Source: the human T2T-CHM13v2.0 reference genome, Homo sapiens. From it: a stretch of DNA of 64,000 bases. Below the pieces are notes generated by a model, which was not told the origin of the DNA, did no database searches, and saw nothing but the letters and a program-made list of their open reading frames with translations. Position 1 is the stretch's first letter; the number at the start of each line of letters is the position of its first letter. The stretch lies in the NCBI RefSeq assembly GCF_009914755.1, contig NC_060935.1; one strand, 5' to 3'. A program made the position numbers and the translations under genes. This document shows positions 41,819-54,485 of the stretch, in pieces.

Positions 41819-43574
41819 CCAGAATCAGCTTTAAAGTTACACGACAAGAGTGAAGAACAACACAGCCTCGAAGAAAGATATGATATTTCTCACGTTTAGA
41901 AAAACTAAACTATTTTTCAAGAAGCTGAAGTAGGAAAAAAAGAATGAATGAAATGCACAAACAAAAATAGTTAAACATTCTAAAGAAAGTGTGCAAAATA
42001 TTCTCCTTAAGAAAAATGTCAGATCAAGTCCCTAACTGGATGCGTACTAAAGAAAGTAGATCTAGCATAGATAATGGTCACTGGGAGCTGAACAGAAAGA
42101 GAGAGTCCAATGGGAGATCATTAAAATGATCATTCAAAAAAGGGCTCTGAAGAAACTGATTCATATTCCCAAGCTAAATCTTTCCTTATAAACCCTTGAA
42201 GAAGAAAGTAACCAAATATATATTGCATTTGATGAACAAGACCAAAAAAAAAAAAAAAAACTTAAGGATTATATCAAAACTCTCTAGAGGAAGAATGCAT
42301 CTTGGGAAACAAATTATGCAAAGATTGAAAGATTAGAAAGCTTAAATTTAAAATAATGACTGAACCCTAACACAGAAATGAAAATAAAACCTCACAGGTA
42401 GAAGGAAAAGACAATCTAAAGATAAAAGAGAAATGTCCCTGCAGATGAGAGCATGATCCATACCCCTGAGTACCTGGATATTGAAATGAGACAATGCTAG
42501 GGGAAGGAATGAAGAGACCTCACATGTCCTTTGAAAAACCAGACTATTGCTGTTGAAAACAAAACTCAAAATATGTGGTTAGTAATTCAGAGCCCAACAA
42601 CCTGGGAGAAGAAGGTGCACACACTGGACCAAAATTAACTGAAGCAGATGTTACATCTGAGCTTTCAGGAAGGGTATTTGAAGTTTTGGTAATCCAGTTA
42701 CATCATTTGGGCAGCTTGTGAAGACCAGGGAATCTTTTGGATTATTAGATCACCAATGGCAGAAGCCATGTTCAACTTAAATGGCCCAGGAATCCAGGAT
42801 CCAAAGCACTGAGTGTGGACCAGGTGTCCCCTCCATAGGATCCAGATCCCAGGATGATAATCGCTTCATAATCCTAAGCCAATTTTTCCTCTAGATGGCT
42901 AAGATAGAGTTTACCTTATTGCTCACAATGTCAGTTATCTCTCTAGACCAGCCTAACTCAAAAGTTTTAATACACTTTCCTTTGATAGAGAATAAGCTCC
43001 AACATTCTCAAAATTGAAGATCAGTAGAAAGGATATTGACATGCTCTTGGAAGTTTATGTCCTCAGGTCCTTTTCTCCCACCTGAAAGTGGAGCAGCTAG
43101 CCCAGGCTTCCTTCTTTTGTCTCAGTATCCAGGCAGGTGTCCCATATTGGAAATGGATTTATGGGCCAAGTTCAAGAGAGAAATCTTCTGTTCCTCCCTC
43201 TACTCCAATAAACCCATATAAAGCCCCTTCAAATTACCTTCCACCCAGGGGATATTTGAACCATTCTATTCCAGTTGCACTGTAATGGAATGCATCTACC
43301 CCTCAAGGAGGTGTCCTTGTCATCCTTGTCCAATGAATGTTCTCCCCACCACTGCTTTGGAAAGAAAGAGTGAAAAACGGTGGTGCTGATTTCACCTTCA
43401 AGTGAGCCTTCTTACAGAGATCTAAAAAGAGGAAAAGTTTCCATTTTCTAGGTCATTTTGAATGTTTCCCTTTTTAGTTAAACTGCTTTTGTTTAAATGT
43501 TGTACATCTATTCAAACTGAAGCTTGGTAGAAGTATAAATCTTAGGGCTGTATTTCTGAGTGAAGATGACTTAT

Positions 43575-43830
43575 AAATTAGGATCTTATGAATAAATTAG
43601 TTTATTAATCTTAAGAATAAATTATTTATTAGTTTATAGGTAATGTGTTGTATTTTGGTTTGATTAATCAGTCTACCTATTAGTTTATAGGTAATATACG
43701 GTATTTTGGTTTGATTAATCAGACATAAATTAGGATCTTATGAATACATTATTTTAGTTTATTAGTTTAATAAATTATTTAGTTTATTAGTTTATAGGTA
43801 ATGTATTTTGGTTTGATTACAGTCTACTAA
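43575..43830. repeat. Nested AT-rich tandem duplications
   Basis: tattagtttataggtaat...gtattttggtttgatta occurs three times; ataaattaggatcttatgaata occurs twice. Confidence 0.85.
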
Positions 43831-43884
43831 AATAGGCAGTAATAGCCATTTTGCATGGGCAGTTCATCAACTAGATACATTTGA

Positions 43885-44185
<301 letters not shown>

Positions 44186-44689
44186 ATACATTTGAAATTT
44201 TAAAGACTATTTCTATTTACTAAGATCTGTATTTACCATAGTTATGAAAAAAAGTGAAAGTAACTCAATATTTACATTTTTATTAATTTTAAATAAACAA
44301 ATATTAGTTCTATCCTTCTCCTTTAATGATGGCTTGAAGGGAGAACAGAGATGAGAGCTGATATTTCCTTAATGTCTTCAGCACACATACTTTTCATGGT
44401 GGGCACTAGATCCTCAAACACTATTGAATACAAATGTGAATAAATAGATCAATGAGTTTTTTTAAAAAACGTTCTTGTTTTTAATCTCCTTATCTAATTT
44501 TACATCTATCATAAAATATTTTTCTAAGTTACTAAGTCAACCATTCTGAAATGTAGCACTTAGCATTTCCTGGTGGATTTATAGACAAGATCAGTCTTCA
44601 TTCTGGGTTTCCCACTCTCAAACTTTGCTGCTGAGTGCGTTTGATGGTTAACACTACCAATTCATTTTAAGACTGCTGAGTATAATTCC

Positions 44690-44900
44690 AGTGTTAATAA
44701 TTATAAGAGCTAGCATTTAATGAATGTCAGTACCAGACACTGAGTGCCAGACACTATGCTAACCATCTTCAATGTATTATTTTCTTTCATTTCTCATGAG
44801 ATCTAGAAGATATGTTCTCTTATTTTTGCCTTCTTAATCTTAACATACAAAGAAGTTAAATTATTCACTGGCAAGTAAATAGCCATGTTTTGAACTCAGA
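44690..44900 (-). mobile_element. MIR
   Basis: agctagcatttaatgaatg...gtgccagacactatgctaa ... tttgaactcagatct. Confidence 0.6.
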
Positions 44901-45027
44901 TCTCTCTCTCTCACACACACACACACATTCTCTCTCTCTAAAGTCTAAGCTGTTACTTATTATGCCATACCCACCTCATTAATGAGGCAAAATACACATT
45001 TACAAAATACACTGTCCTGTACATATG

Positions 45028-45030
<3 letters not shown>

Positions 45031-45064
<34 letters not shown>
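45031..45064. repeat. (GT)17 microsatellite
   Basis: Direct inspection. Confidence 0.95.
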
Positions 45065-45067
<3 letters not shown>

Positions 45068-46714
45068 CTATCAGTCTAATTATTTAATGGCACTTATAGC
45101 CTTGGGCCAAGCCATTTTAACTTCTTTGCCTAAGCTGCACTGTGACCAATGGTCTATGCCTATTTTTGGGGATGAATGTAATCCTGCCCTATAAACTCAA
45201 TGATAACATTAATTCAAATGCTGAGTTCTTCAATAGGGATCACCAGCTTGTCCAACCCTAAGAGCTATACCGTCTAAGAAAATTGCCAAACCCCATTACC
45301 AAGGATGTCTGCTTATCTAAAGTCATTATGGATTAAGCCTGGAAGATATTCAAGAAATTTTTACCAAGATTCTATAGAAAAACAATGAATCAATGCTGAG
45401 TGTCTCTTAAGGGCATCATAAATTTTAATGTGTGGTGAGTTTCAATATTACATTTTTACTTAACCCTGTACCAGATAAGAAGTTCCAGATGAATTTCCAA
45501 GTGTTATTTAAGGAGAGTCTAAGAAAACTTTCTGAAGTGTTTTTTACTTTTCTGTCAGCATTAGGTACTACATATAGTACATAATGTTGTTTATAAACTT
45601 AATTATTACTGTATAGTTTTCATCACTGATTAAAATTTCTCTGGAAGTATTAGGTTTCAGAATTTAGATAAAGAATTAATTAATCTTGAAATAGAAAAGT
45701 GGCAAATCATAGGTGACATCAGTAGTTTTCAGTTTTCTCTAATTAATTTTTCTTTTCCAAGAGCCAACTACTAACAATCCAGGAGTCTACAGCTTCATAG
45801 CCAGGCACTTTCTTAAATGAAATCAATTCCTGGCCTCAAGCCTGGTGGATAATAAAATGTCCGAAGCAGCACATTTAAAAAAGAGATTTGAAAAAAGGAA
45901 GGAGCTGGAATCTCAGCAAAGCAGAACAATTTATTTGTAAGAATTGATCATCGACTGCTACAAACAGGAAATGAATATTGGAGTCCAATGCTTTGGAAAT
46001 CCACAGCAAGCTCAGCTCTTCTCAATGGGCTATGGATTGAATCTTACAGATCAAATTAATCTTTCTAGAAATCTTGAGTGTAAGAGAGATTTTAATTAAT
46101 GCTAAAGTAGCACAAAATTAGCACTGTAAGTTCTGCCTAGATTAATTCTTTCTTAAACACATTGTTGTATAAGATCCAGGAAATTGACTGCCTAGACAGT
46201 ATCGACATGTGGCTGTAGCCTGAGGCTGAATCTCTGGGTACAAGTACTTGTCCTCTTTCCCAGTGCTGGAGGGAGGCAGGCCCTGAACAGTGATGGAGAG
46301 ACTGCCCAGTCATGCAGATTCAAGGGTGGTGAGTTCATCATAAAGAGACTAGGGAGACAGCAAAACTGATGCCATGCTGGAGGACTGATTACCCCAGTCT
46401 TTTGTATAGATGCAGGTAGAAGACCCCAGCTGTCTTTTTGTTTCTCTCCTGGCCTGCTGAAATCTCTTTATCTAAGTGTTCCTACTTATTCCCTAGAAAA
46501 ACAGACAAGATGCAGCAAAATTAAGAAACATGGGGAAATTGAAAACATTCCAAAAATTTTCATAAGTTAAACTCTTTTTTAAAATTCTCGACTTCTATTT
46601 TGAAAGGATGCTCAAAATAGAGCAATAAGTGCATTGTTCATTGGAGACCATGGCTCTTTCAGAACATTTTAAATGATAGTCTTCAGATCCACTTATAAAT
46701 ATTAAGCACATAGC

Positions 46715-47174
46715 TGTTGGGAGGTAATTCTCCATGGGTCTCTTGCATATCTGCACATCTTGCAAGTAGAGGTATTAACTATTAATATCCTTTGTTCGGG
46801 ACTATCCTTCAAAGGGAATGTGTACAGCAAACAGTCTTGGACAAGTGTCTCTTTCTAAAGCAAAGTGCAAGCATGATTACTGCTCATTATAAAAGATATG
46901 GGGTTCCTTATCTCCAGGTTTGTCTCCTGAAATGAAACCAACTACATGTGCAGACATTCATCAGGTCCTATCAGCATTATCTCCACGGGACTTGAGCAAG
47001 AGGAACTGATGCATATATACTCATGTTCATGCCACTTGCTGTGCCATGACTGTGAAGTCCCTCATCTCTAACTTAAGAAGTTTCATGCCTTCTACCAACA
47101 TCCGTGAAAATGACAGGCTAACTTGTCAGGCTTGTGAGCAGGGTAAAATTGCAGACCTTTCACTGTCCTTGACA
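46715..47174 (+). mobile_element. LTR47-like (ERVL) solo LTR
   Basis: TG...CA ends: tgttgggaggtaattctccatgggtctcttgcatatctgcac ... cagacctttcactgtccttgaca. Confidence 0.65.
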
Positions 47175-47545
47175 ATAATACAGGGGCTGGCACACAGAAA
47201 TAGCATAATACATGTTAGTGTTCTCACTTAGGCCTTGGTCTCTGCTATTTCTAGAGTCCACTTCTTAATCAGCCTCCCAGTGTGGTCCTTTCCTCTCCTT
47301 CCTACTCCGCAGGCTGGTCCTTTTGGTCATTCTAGTTAAGGAAGGCATCTGCTTCTTTGATCCCTAAAATTCCCTCCACTCTGCGGGATTTCTTGCCCTC
47401 CTTGGGTTTCTCAGGCTTCACCTTTTAGAATTCCTATCATCATGTTAGTACCATCCATATCTGGTCCCTGAGGAATCTTTCTTCTCATTTTCAGATTCTC
47501 TGCCCTCCAGGTGACCCCTTCCTTCTGTCTCTAGATCCAGGGGGA

Positions 47546-47855
47546 TTTTTTTTTTTTTTTTTTTTTTTGAGACAGAGTCTTGCTCTGTTGCCCAAGCCAG
47601 AGTGCAGTGGCACGATCTCGGCTCACTGCAAGCTCTGCCTCCCGGGTTCACGCCATTGTCCTGCCTCAGCCTCCTGAGTAGCTGGGACTTAGGTGCCTGC
47701 CACCACGCCCAGCTAATTTTTTTTTTTTTGTATTTTTAGTAGAAACAGGGTTTCACCATGTTAGCCAGGATGGTCTCAACCTCCTGACCTCGTGATCTTC
47801 CTGCCTCAGCCTCCCAAAATGCTGGGATTACAGGCGTGAGCAACTGCGCCCGGCC
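47546..47855 (-). mobile_element. AluY-like
   Basis: ctgcaagctctgcctcccgggttcacgcca; long T run. Confidence 0.95.
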
Positions 47856-48639
47856 AGGAATTTTTTATTTAGCCATTCCCCAGCACCCTCTGCACCATGA
47901 CATCAATGCTCCTGCCTGAGACTCTGAGGCTATTCTCCCCAGGCTACCGCTTACATGAAACACTGTCGCTTCACCCCTTCTTTCTTTGTGCTTTGTATGA
48001 TTTGTTTACTACCATGTCTGTCTCTCCCATTAACCAGTAAGCATTTTGAAGAACAGGATGTCATATTCCCTTTTACATACCCTGATAGACTGGTGCTCTT
48101 ACAGATAACAGACACTCACTTGTTAAAATTAACCATCATTCTGCATATAAAAGTAGTGCAGGCATACAAAATCATTAATGTCTTATTTTTCACACTGTTC
48201 ACAGGGAAAGAAGAGGGTCATTGTGTCACATGGACCATTTCCTCCCCCTGATTCCTCTGACCTCACCGTTGCTGTTTCTGAGCACGCTATTGCAGATGAC
48301 TACTTTGGTAAGCGCTAGAAAAGATGGCATCATGACCTACGTGCTATGCTGAAGAAGACAGGAGTAAGGGTAGAGCTACCAGAGGTAACTCCTAGGGGTC
48401 TTGAAGATCTAAGTGACAGTGAAGGAAGTGCATTGTTCATTGGGGAAAAGTTAGTCAAGGTTATTTCGGACGCTTCAAAACATGACATGGGTGGGTATGC
48501 ACATAGCAGGTATGCAGAATCTGAAGAATGGAGAGGGCTTTAGGGTCTTGTTAATTTCTCTAAGGCAAATACAATAGGGATGGAATGACTACAGAAAAGG
48601 AAGGCCTTATTTTAATTTGGCTTTTAAAAAGTTTCTCTA

Positions 48640-48946
48640 GGCTGGGCATGATGGCTCACACTTGGAATTTCAGCACTTTGGGAGGCTGAGGCAGCTGGAT
48701 CACCTGAGGTCAGGAGTTTGAGGCCAGCCTGTCCAACATGGCAAAACCCCGTCTCTACTAAAAATACAAAAAATTAGCCAGGCATGATGGCATGCACCTG
48801 TAATCCCAGCTACTCAGGAGGCTGAGGCAGGAGAATCGCTTGAACCCAGAGGCGGAGGTTGCAGTGAGCTGAGACTGTGCTATTGCACTTATTGCACTCC
48901 AGTCTGGGCAACGGGAGCAAAACTCCGTCTCAAAAAAAAAAAAAAA
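48640..48946 (+). mobile_element. AluSx-like
   Basis: ggatcacctgaggtcaggagtt; TSD aaaaagttt(c/a)tcta. Confidence 0.95.
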
Positions 48947-49689
48947 GTTTATCTAGGGTGCTGCCCTTGAGGCAAGCAGAAAAATGACCTTGAAGTGGGA
49001 GGATCTCTTAGTAAACCCAGATGTCTGATTCTACCCTCCACTCTGTCCCCTCTTACCCCACTCCTGGCTGTCAAAATGAAGGGTTTCTCCAGGCCCACCA
49101 AGTCCAGAACTGCTCTTCTGCACTTTCTCTCTATGAAGAGGAGAGGACATAAGGCCTGGGGAGAACAGCTGCTCCTTTCATCGCACTCCTTGCGGCATGC
49201 TGGAGATGAAGACATGGGGTGTGCACAGCATCTTCATTTTATTTTCTAATGTGCCTGGCACAAATGCCAAAGACAGCTACAAGTAATTGCTATCCAAGCT
49301 CCAGTGAACTAGAACATCTTCATTTAAGTCATGCATAGCCTGGAATTTTTTTTAAAGGAGAGAAAGATGACTTTATGTAGCAGTTGCTAAGCAGCCAGGC
49401 TCTCGGGAGCTCAACACACACTCAGCTTTGCAAAATCTCAGCAGCAAGCCACACTGCCCTCTTTAAAAAGCTCTCCTTAGGCAAACCTTGTGATTTTCAC
49501 TACATCCCAAAATGTAAGCTGCTCTTGTTTGTTTTTAACTACACACCACTCCCACACCCCATGAACTAGTAATAAAACTGGGAGATGATTGTGATAACCA
49601 AATATCCTACCTCACTGAGGGCCTTGAGGCAGCCTAATCTTTGGGCAGAACTCCAGTGAAAGTACTGGAAGAAATGAGATTTCATAGTG

Positions 49690-50520
49690 GTTCATTTATT
49701 GCTTTACATGTACATGGGGGGGAAATGAAAAACACAGAGAAGTATAGAGCAATAAATAAAAATTATAAAAATCTCAAGGTTCAGAGCACTCAAGGGTAAT
49801 TTGTGTGATATTTCCTTCTACAACCATACACAACAAAATAGGGATCATTACATGAATTGAACATAATGTGTGCAAAATAGTAGGCATATTTACTCAATAA
49901 ATAATTTTAATGAGTGGATGAGCACATTCCATTTTATGTAAATTTTTCAGTGAATATTGCAGTATCTCATATTATTAAAGATTTTTCATGCTCAATTAAT
50001 ATTTCTTCACACATATGTATTATAAATCTTTTGTCTATTTTTATCTGTTCTACCATTATTAGGTACTTACTTTTTCCCCTAATTTTTAGCTAGTTTAAGC
50101 AGTGGTGTTATAAAGTCTTTTTAACCTAATTTTATTTTCATAAATAATCTTTTTTAATATACATAATTTATTTTTCAGATTTCTTTAGGATAGATTCCTA
50201 GAGGTAGAATTATTTAACTAAAAGGTATGAATTCTGCTAAATTTCTCAATAGTTACTGTCAAAGTGCTTTCAAAAATATTGGTAATAATTTATATTCCCA
50301 GCAGAGATTATGCGAGTTCTTGTCTCACTGCAGCTTTATTAGCATAGTTTACTGTCATGCTTTCAACTCTGTCAATTTCATTGACATTTTATTCCATAAA
50401 AATTAATTTATTGTTATATATACATGTTATTTTGATTTGATATTAAATATTTTTTTCACACTTTCACGGCCACTTCCATTTATTCTCTTGTGAACTGTGA
50501 ATTTACTGGCCTTTGCTGGT
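49690..50520 (-). mobile_element. Very old L1ME-type fragment
   Basis: tttctttaggatagattcctagaggtagaatt ... aatttatattcccagcag. Confidence 0.6.
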
Positions 50521-50619
50521 TGCTTTTTTCTACTAGGGAGAGGAATACACAAAGGCATGAACACCAGGAGACAGGGGTCATGGAGCCACCTTTCAGGCTT
50601 TCACAGTCCTCTAAACATC

Positions 50620-51690
50620 AGTTTAGGACTCTTAGGCTCACTAACTCCTGAGCATAAAAGTACTGACATTTAAAAGGCCAAGAGGAAGGATTTGTTTTCA
50701 GAGAGCTGTTAAGGTGTTTTGTGTCTCCCATTCTACAACCCCTCTGGAAGGGCCGGGACAGAAGGGTTTCCCCTCATCATCAGGCAAGGGAGAGTGAGGG
50801 CTGGAGAGTGAGGGCTCCAGGAACGCCACTCAAAGAGCATAGTCTGCATCCTCTGGAGTTTGGGGAGCACAGGTTATGAAGAGCTCAGCCTAGGAGCTGC
50901 CAGAGGAGACTGATGAGCGGAAGAGTGAGGGCCACCCTCAGCTTAACCACACCCCTCCTGCATGGGAAGGACAGAGTATCTCTCTGATGAAATGGGGACC
51001 ACGTGGAGGTGGTCTGACTCCTGCATAAGATGACTGCTGGGACAGGCTATGTGCAGCCGCTGGAAGAGCTGCCTGCCAGATGCCCAGGGGCTAAGGGAGG
51101 AATCAGAGGTAGCTGGCAGAGGGACACCACGGCACATGTTAAGAACCCACCATCTATATTTTTATATCATGTTTACTTATGCTTAAGAATATATGCTGAA
51201 TTACTTGTGAAGAATGCATTTGAAGCTATTTTAAATGTGTTTTTATTTGTAAGACATTACTTATTAAGAAATTGGTTATTAGGCTTACTGTTCTAACCTA
51301 GTGGTAAAGGTATTTTAAGAATTTGCAAGTACTTTAGATTTTCAAAACTGAATAAGAGAGAAAATTATATAACCATCCTGCTGTTCCTTTAGTGTAACAC
51401 AATAAAACTCTGAAATTAAAAAAAAAAAAAAGAACCACCCCTCTGAGAGCTCCAAATGGTGGTCCTTCCAAAAACCCAGGAGAGTCCCTTCTGAGAGAAA
51501 GAATCAGCATTGGAGACAAAGACTCATCAGCACACCCAGAGGGCACCCTCTGGTAATCATCACTGTGCTGGTGGGCAAGACTTTTCCTGTCCCCCGTCTC
51601 CTTCACCCCTCTCTTTAAGGAGCCAGAGCATGCAGTAAACTGAATAGAGGCTGTTCCCTAACAGCCAAGAAGCCTAGGGCATTCTTTGCC
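50620..51690. mobile_element. Probable old LTR (LTR78/79-like) hosting the retrocopy
   Basis: Purine/GC-rich LTR-like sequence on both sides of the 51152-51429 insert; family call is weak. Confidence 0.3.
51152..51429 (+). pseudogene. 5'-truncated processed retrocopy, 3'UTR only; probable parent CNIH1
   Basis: AT-rich insert ending aataaa (51401-51406) plus A-tail, flanked by imperfect TSD aagaacc(c)acc; end aaccatcctgctgttcctttagtgtaacacaataaaactctgaaatt matches my recollection of the CNIH1 mRNA 3' end. Confidence 0.7.
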
Positions 51691-51695
51691 CTTAT

Positions 51696-52052
51696 TGATG
51701 CAGAATTTTTGTTCCTTAGTTCAACTAAAATGGGTTCTTGTGTAGGCACAGCGGACACACTGAAGGGTGAGGAGAGCAGAATTTATTGGGTAAAAAGGAA
51801 GAAAGAAAAAGAAAAAAACACTCAGCAAAGCGAGGGGGAGTGCTGCCAATGAGCCCCACCTCACGCATTGATTACTAGACCATGATACAGGAGCTGAAGA
51901 GGCCAGGCTCCTGCCCCCTGCACAAGGCGAGAGGTTCCCATGGCTTCAGCCTGTTCCCCCAGTGCGCATGTGGACATTATTCAGAAAGAATCAGTCAGGA
52001 AAGGGTGGGAGATTCTCTGGGGACACCCCTTATCTGCCTCCTGTATCTATCA
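51696..52052 (-). mobile_element. MER61/LTR9-family (ERV1) solo LTR
   Basis: tgatgcagaatttttgttccttagttcaact ... ccccttatctgcctcctgtatctatca. Confidence 0.7.
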
Positions 52053-52379
52053 CTGTTACTGTAGCTTTCTGGTCCTCGTTGACGGAGGAAGGAAAATACA
52101 ACTTTAAATCAAACTTACAGTTTTAATTTTAAAGTACACTGGATATTACAACCACTAAAATTAGAGTGTTTTCTTATATTAAAGTGACCAAAATGCATTT
52201 TTAAAAATCTAAATGGAAATCTTAAAACCTTTCCATATTTTCAACAAGGGATGAGAAAGAAATATGGTCAAGGGTTAGCGTGAGAAAGAACAAGGTTATC
52301 TTATCCTCATACTCTACCAAGTTGAACTCAGTCGAATATCTTGTAGAAGGATATCAAACATTTCTCTGTTTTAAAAAAT

Positions 52380-53110
52380 ATTTTTCTTAGGTATTCTAAT
52401 CTGTTTCTTTTTATAGATGATCTTTGAATTTCTAAAAAAAATCCTAATTAAGGTTTTTATTGGAGTAGGCCTGGACTTAATTTGGAGAGAATTTTCTCTC
52501 TAGAACATACATTCTGGAATATGGTACCTCTCTTTTTATTCAATTATTTTTGGATTTTCCAGTAAAGTTGAACAATAGTCATCTTCACTACATCCTATAC
52601 ATTTATTATTGGGTTTAATCCTCTAAATTTTGTCATTTGTTTTTATCAATGTTTTTGTCATTGCTACTAGAAATAGAATATTTTTCTTTCAGGTCTTGAA
52701 ACTGGCTATTGAGTTTTAAATTAAATGTAGCAATCTGTATACTTATATTTTAACTAACCACTTTACTATGTTTTATTAATTTTAAACATGTTTTATTTGA
52801 TTATCTTATATTCCCTAGGTCTGTAGTTAAACCATCTGCAAATAATGGTACATGTGTCTCATTTTATAGCTTTCACTTCTGCATTGTATTTTACTGCATT
52901 GTTAAAAATCATAAAAAAAATTATCAGTGGTGATATAGATCAGGTAGGCCCTATACTTGATTTAAACTGTAATTTTTTTAGTGTTTTGACATTGAGAATG
53001 ATGTTGGCTATTGTCTTTAGAAAGATGTCCTTTGTGTGTTAAGGAAATAAAATGTTATTCTTAGTTTTATAAAAATAACATCAAGAATGAGTATCTAACT
53101 ATTTTGTTAA
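52380..53110 (-). mobile_element. Old L1M ORF2 fragment
   Basis: ttaatttggagagaatt ... accatctgcaaataatg ... atgatgttggct. Confidence 0.6.
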
Positions 53111-53379
53111 AAGCCATCACATAAAGATATTTTAACACCTCAAACACCAACTCTTTTGAGTGTCTAGGCATAATTTAAACTTTATATTATAAATTTTGTC
53201 TATATGCTTATGTTTTGCCTATAATAGAGATATAAAACATTGTCACCTCTTAACAGATTTTTAAAGCCCCATAAAAAACTAATCAATTAACTAACAGGAG
53301 TATTAATAACTAGAACTATATATATGTTCAATTTTCAGCATAGGAGAAATGAGAGATTTTTTGAAGAATTATCTAATCA

Positions 53380-53940
53380 AGATAATAGCAGCTAACGTTT
53401 TAATCACTTGTAAACATTTAGGAAAGAATGAGGTAATCACCAGGAGACAAAATATGGTTCTCTGAGAATAACACATACCAAATGAACCAATCTAATTTTC
53501 TTTTTTTTCATAAAGTTATTAAATGAGAGGAAGTCAGCGAACAGATTGAACCAGGATTTCACAAATTCATTTATTTGGTAAAGTCTCTCACGATGTCCTT
53601 CTAGGTAAAATATTGAAATGTAGATGGTAGCATAGAATTGGGGCTATTTGAAATTAGAGTATAAAATTGGTTCTGTGTTCTGAGGAGGAATTAATCAGGA
53701 GAGACTCTTAATTCTTTCTATAAATATTTTTATCAGTAATCAGGATGAAGGCCTGCACATCAAACTTCAAAATGTCACAAAGCTGGAAAAGAGAAAAATC
53801 AAAAAGCCAAAAATATCAAAATTTTAAATGATCCTAATAGCTTGAAGCATAAGGCAGAATTAAAAAAAAAACAATATAGTAAGTAAGTGAGGTCTTACAT
53901 AAATCTATCACAGAAGTATAGGATGAGGTGACTTGACTGG
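53380..53940 (+). mobile_element. L3/CR1 RT fragment (continues at ~55500-55750)
   Basis: gatttcacaaattcattt...taaagtctctcacgatgtcctt resembles CR1 DFSKAFDKVSHD; cacaaagctggaa. Confidence 0.55.
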
Positions 53941-54036
53941 CTTGGCAGCTGTTCACATCAACACTATAAAAAAAAAAGTTTTCTGAATGTCTTAAAATAT
54001 GAGACTTCTGGTCAATATAGAGTGGCCTGATATGGG

Positions 54037-54485
54037 TGTCCTAGGTTGGTTCCCCAGGAAGCAGACTGTGATGCGGAGGTTAGTAGACAAGATGTTTCCC
54101 AGGGGAGCCCTGGGAATCAACCTCCCCGAAAGGGTGGGAAGGAAGCAGGAACAGGTAAAGAGGGAAATCAAGCTGCGTTACAGATTCAGGGACTGCCATG
54201 ATCAAACTCATGGCGAGCTTGAGAACTAGAATGATTCTTCAGAATTGTCCTGAGTTGGGCCAACATGGCCTGGCCTTTGTGCTCTTGCATTAATCAGTCA
54301 CTCGATGCAGGCTGCCTAGGGAAAGAGAGGAGCATGACCTTGGACAAAGGGGCTCCCTGCAGCTGAGGTAATCCCTGAAGGGGCCGACAGCTGAGCACTA
54401 TCTACAGACAGCACTGCCAGCAGCTGGGTCAACAAATCCTTCAGTGGAGGGGTTTCTAGGCCATGCATCACCGTGTTCACCACAG
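54037..54485 (-). mobile_element. LTR16-family LTR
   Basis: tgtcctaggttggttccccaggaagcagactgtga ... gcatcaccgtgttcaccaca. Confidence 0.7.

Noticed and set aside
43575-43830. Repeat-spacer-like pattern as a CRISPR-type array
   Set aside because: Units are irregular, the intervening pieces are themselves duplicated, the context is primate and there are no cas genes.
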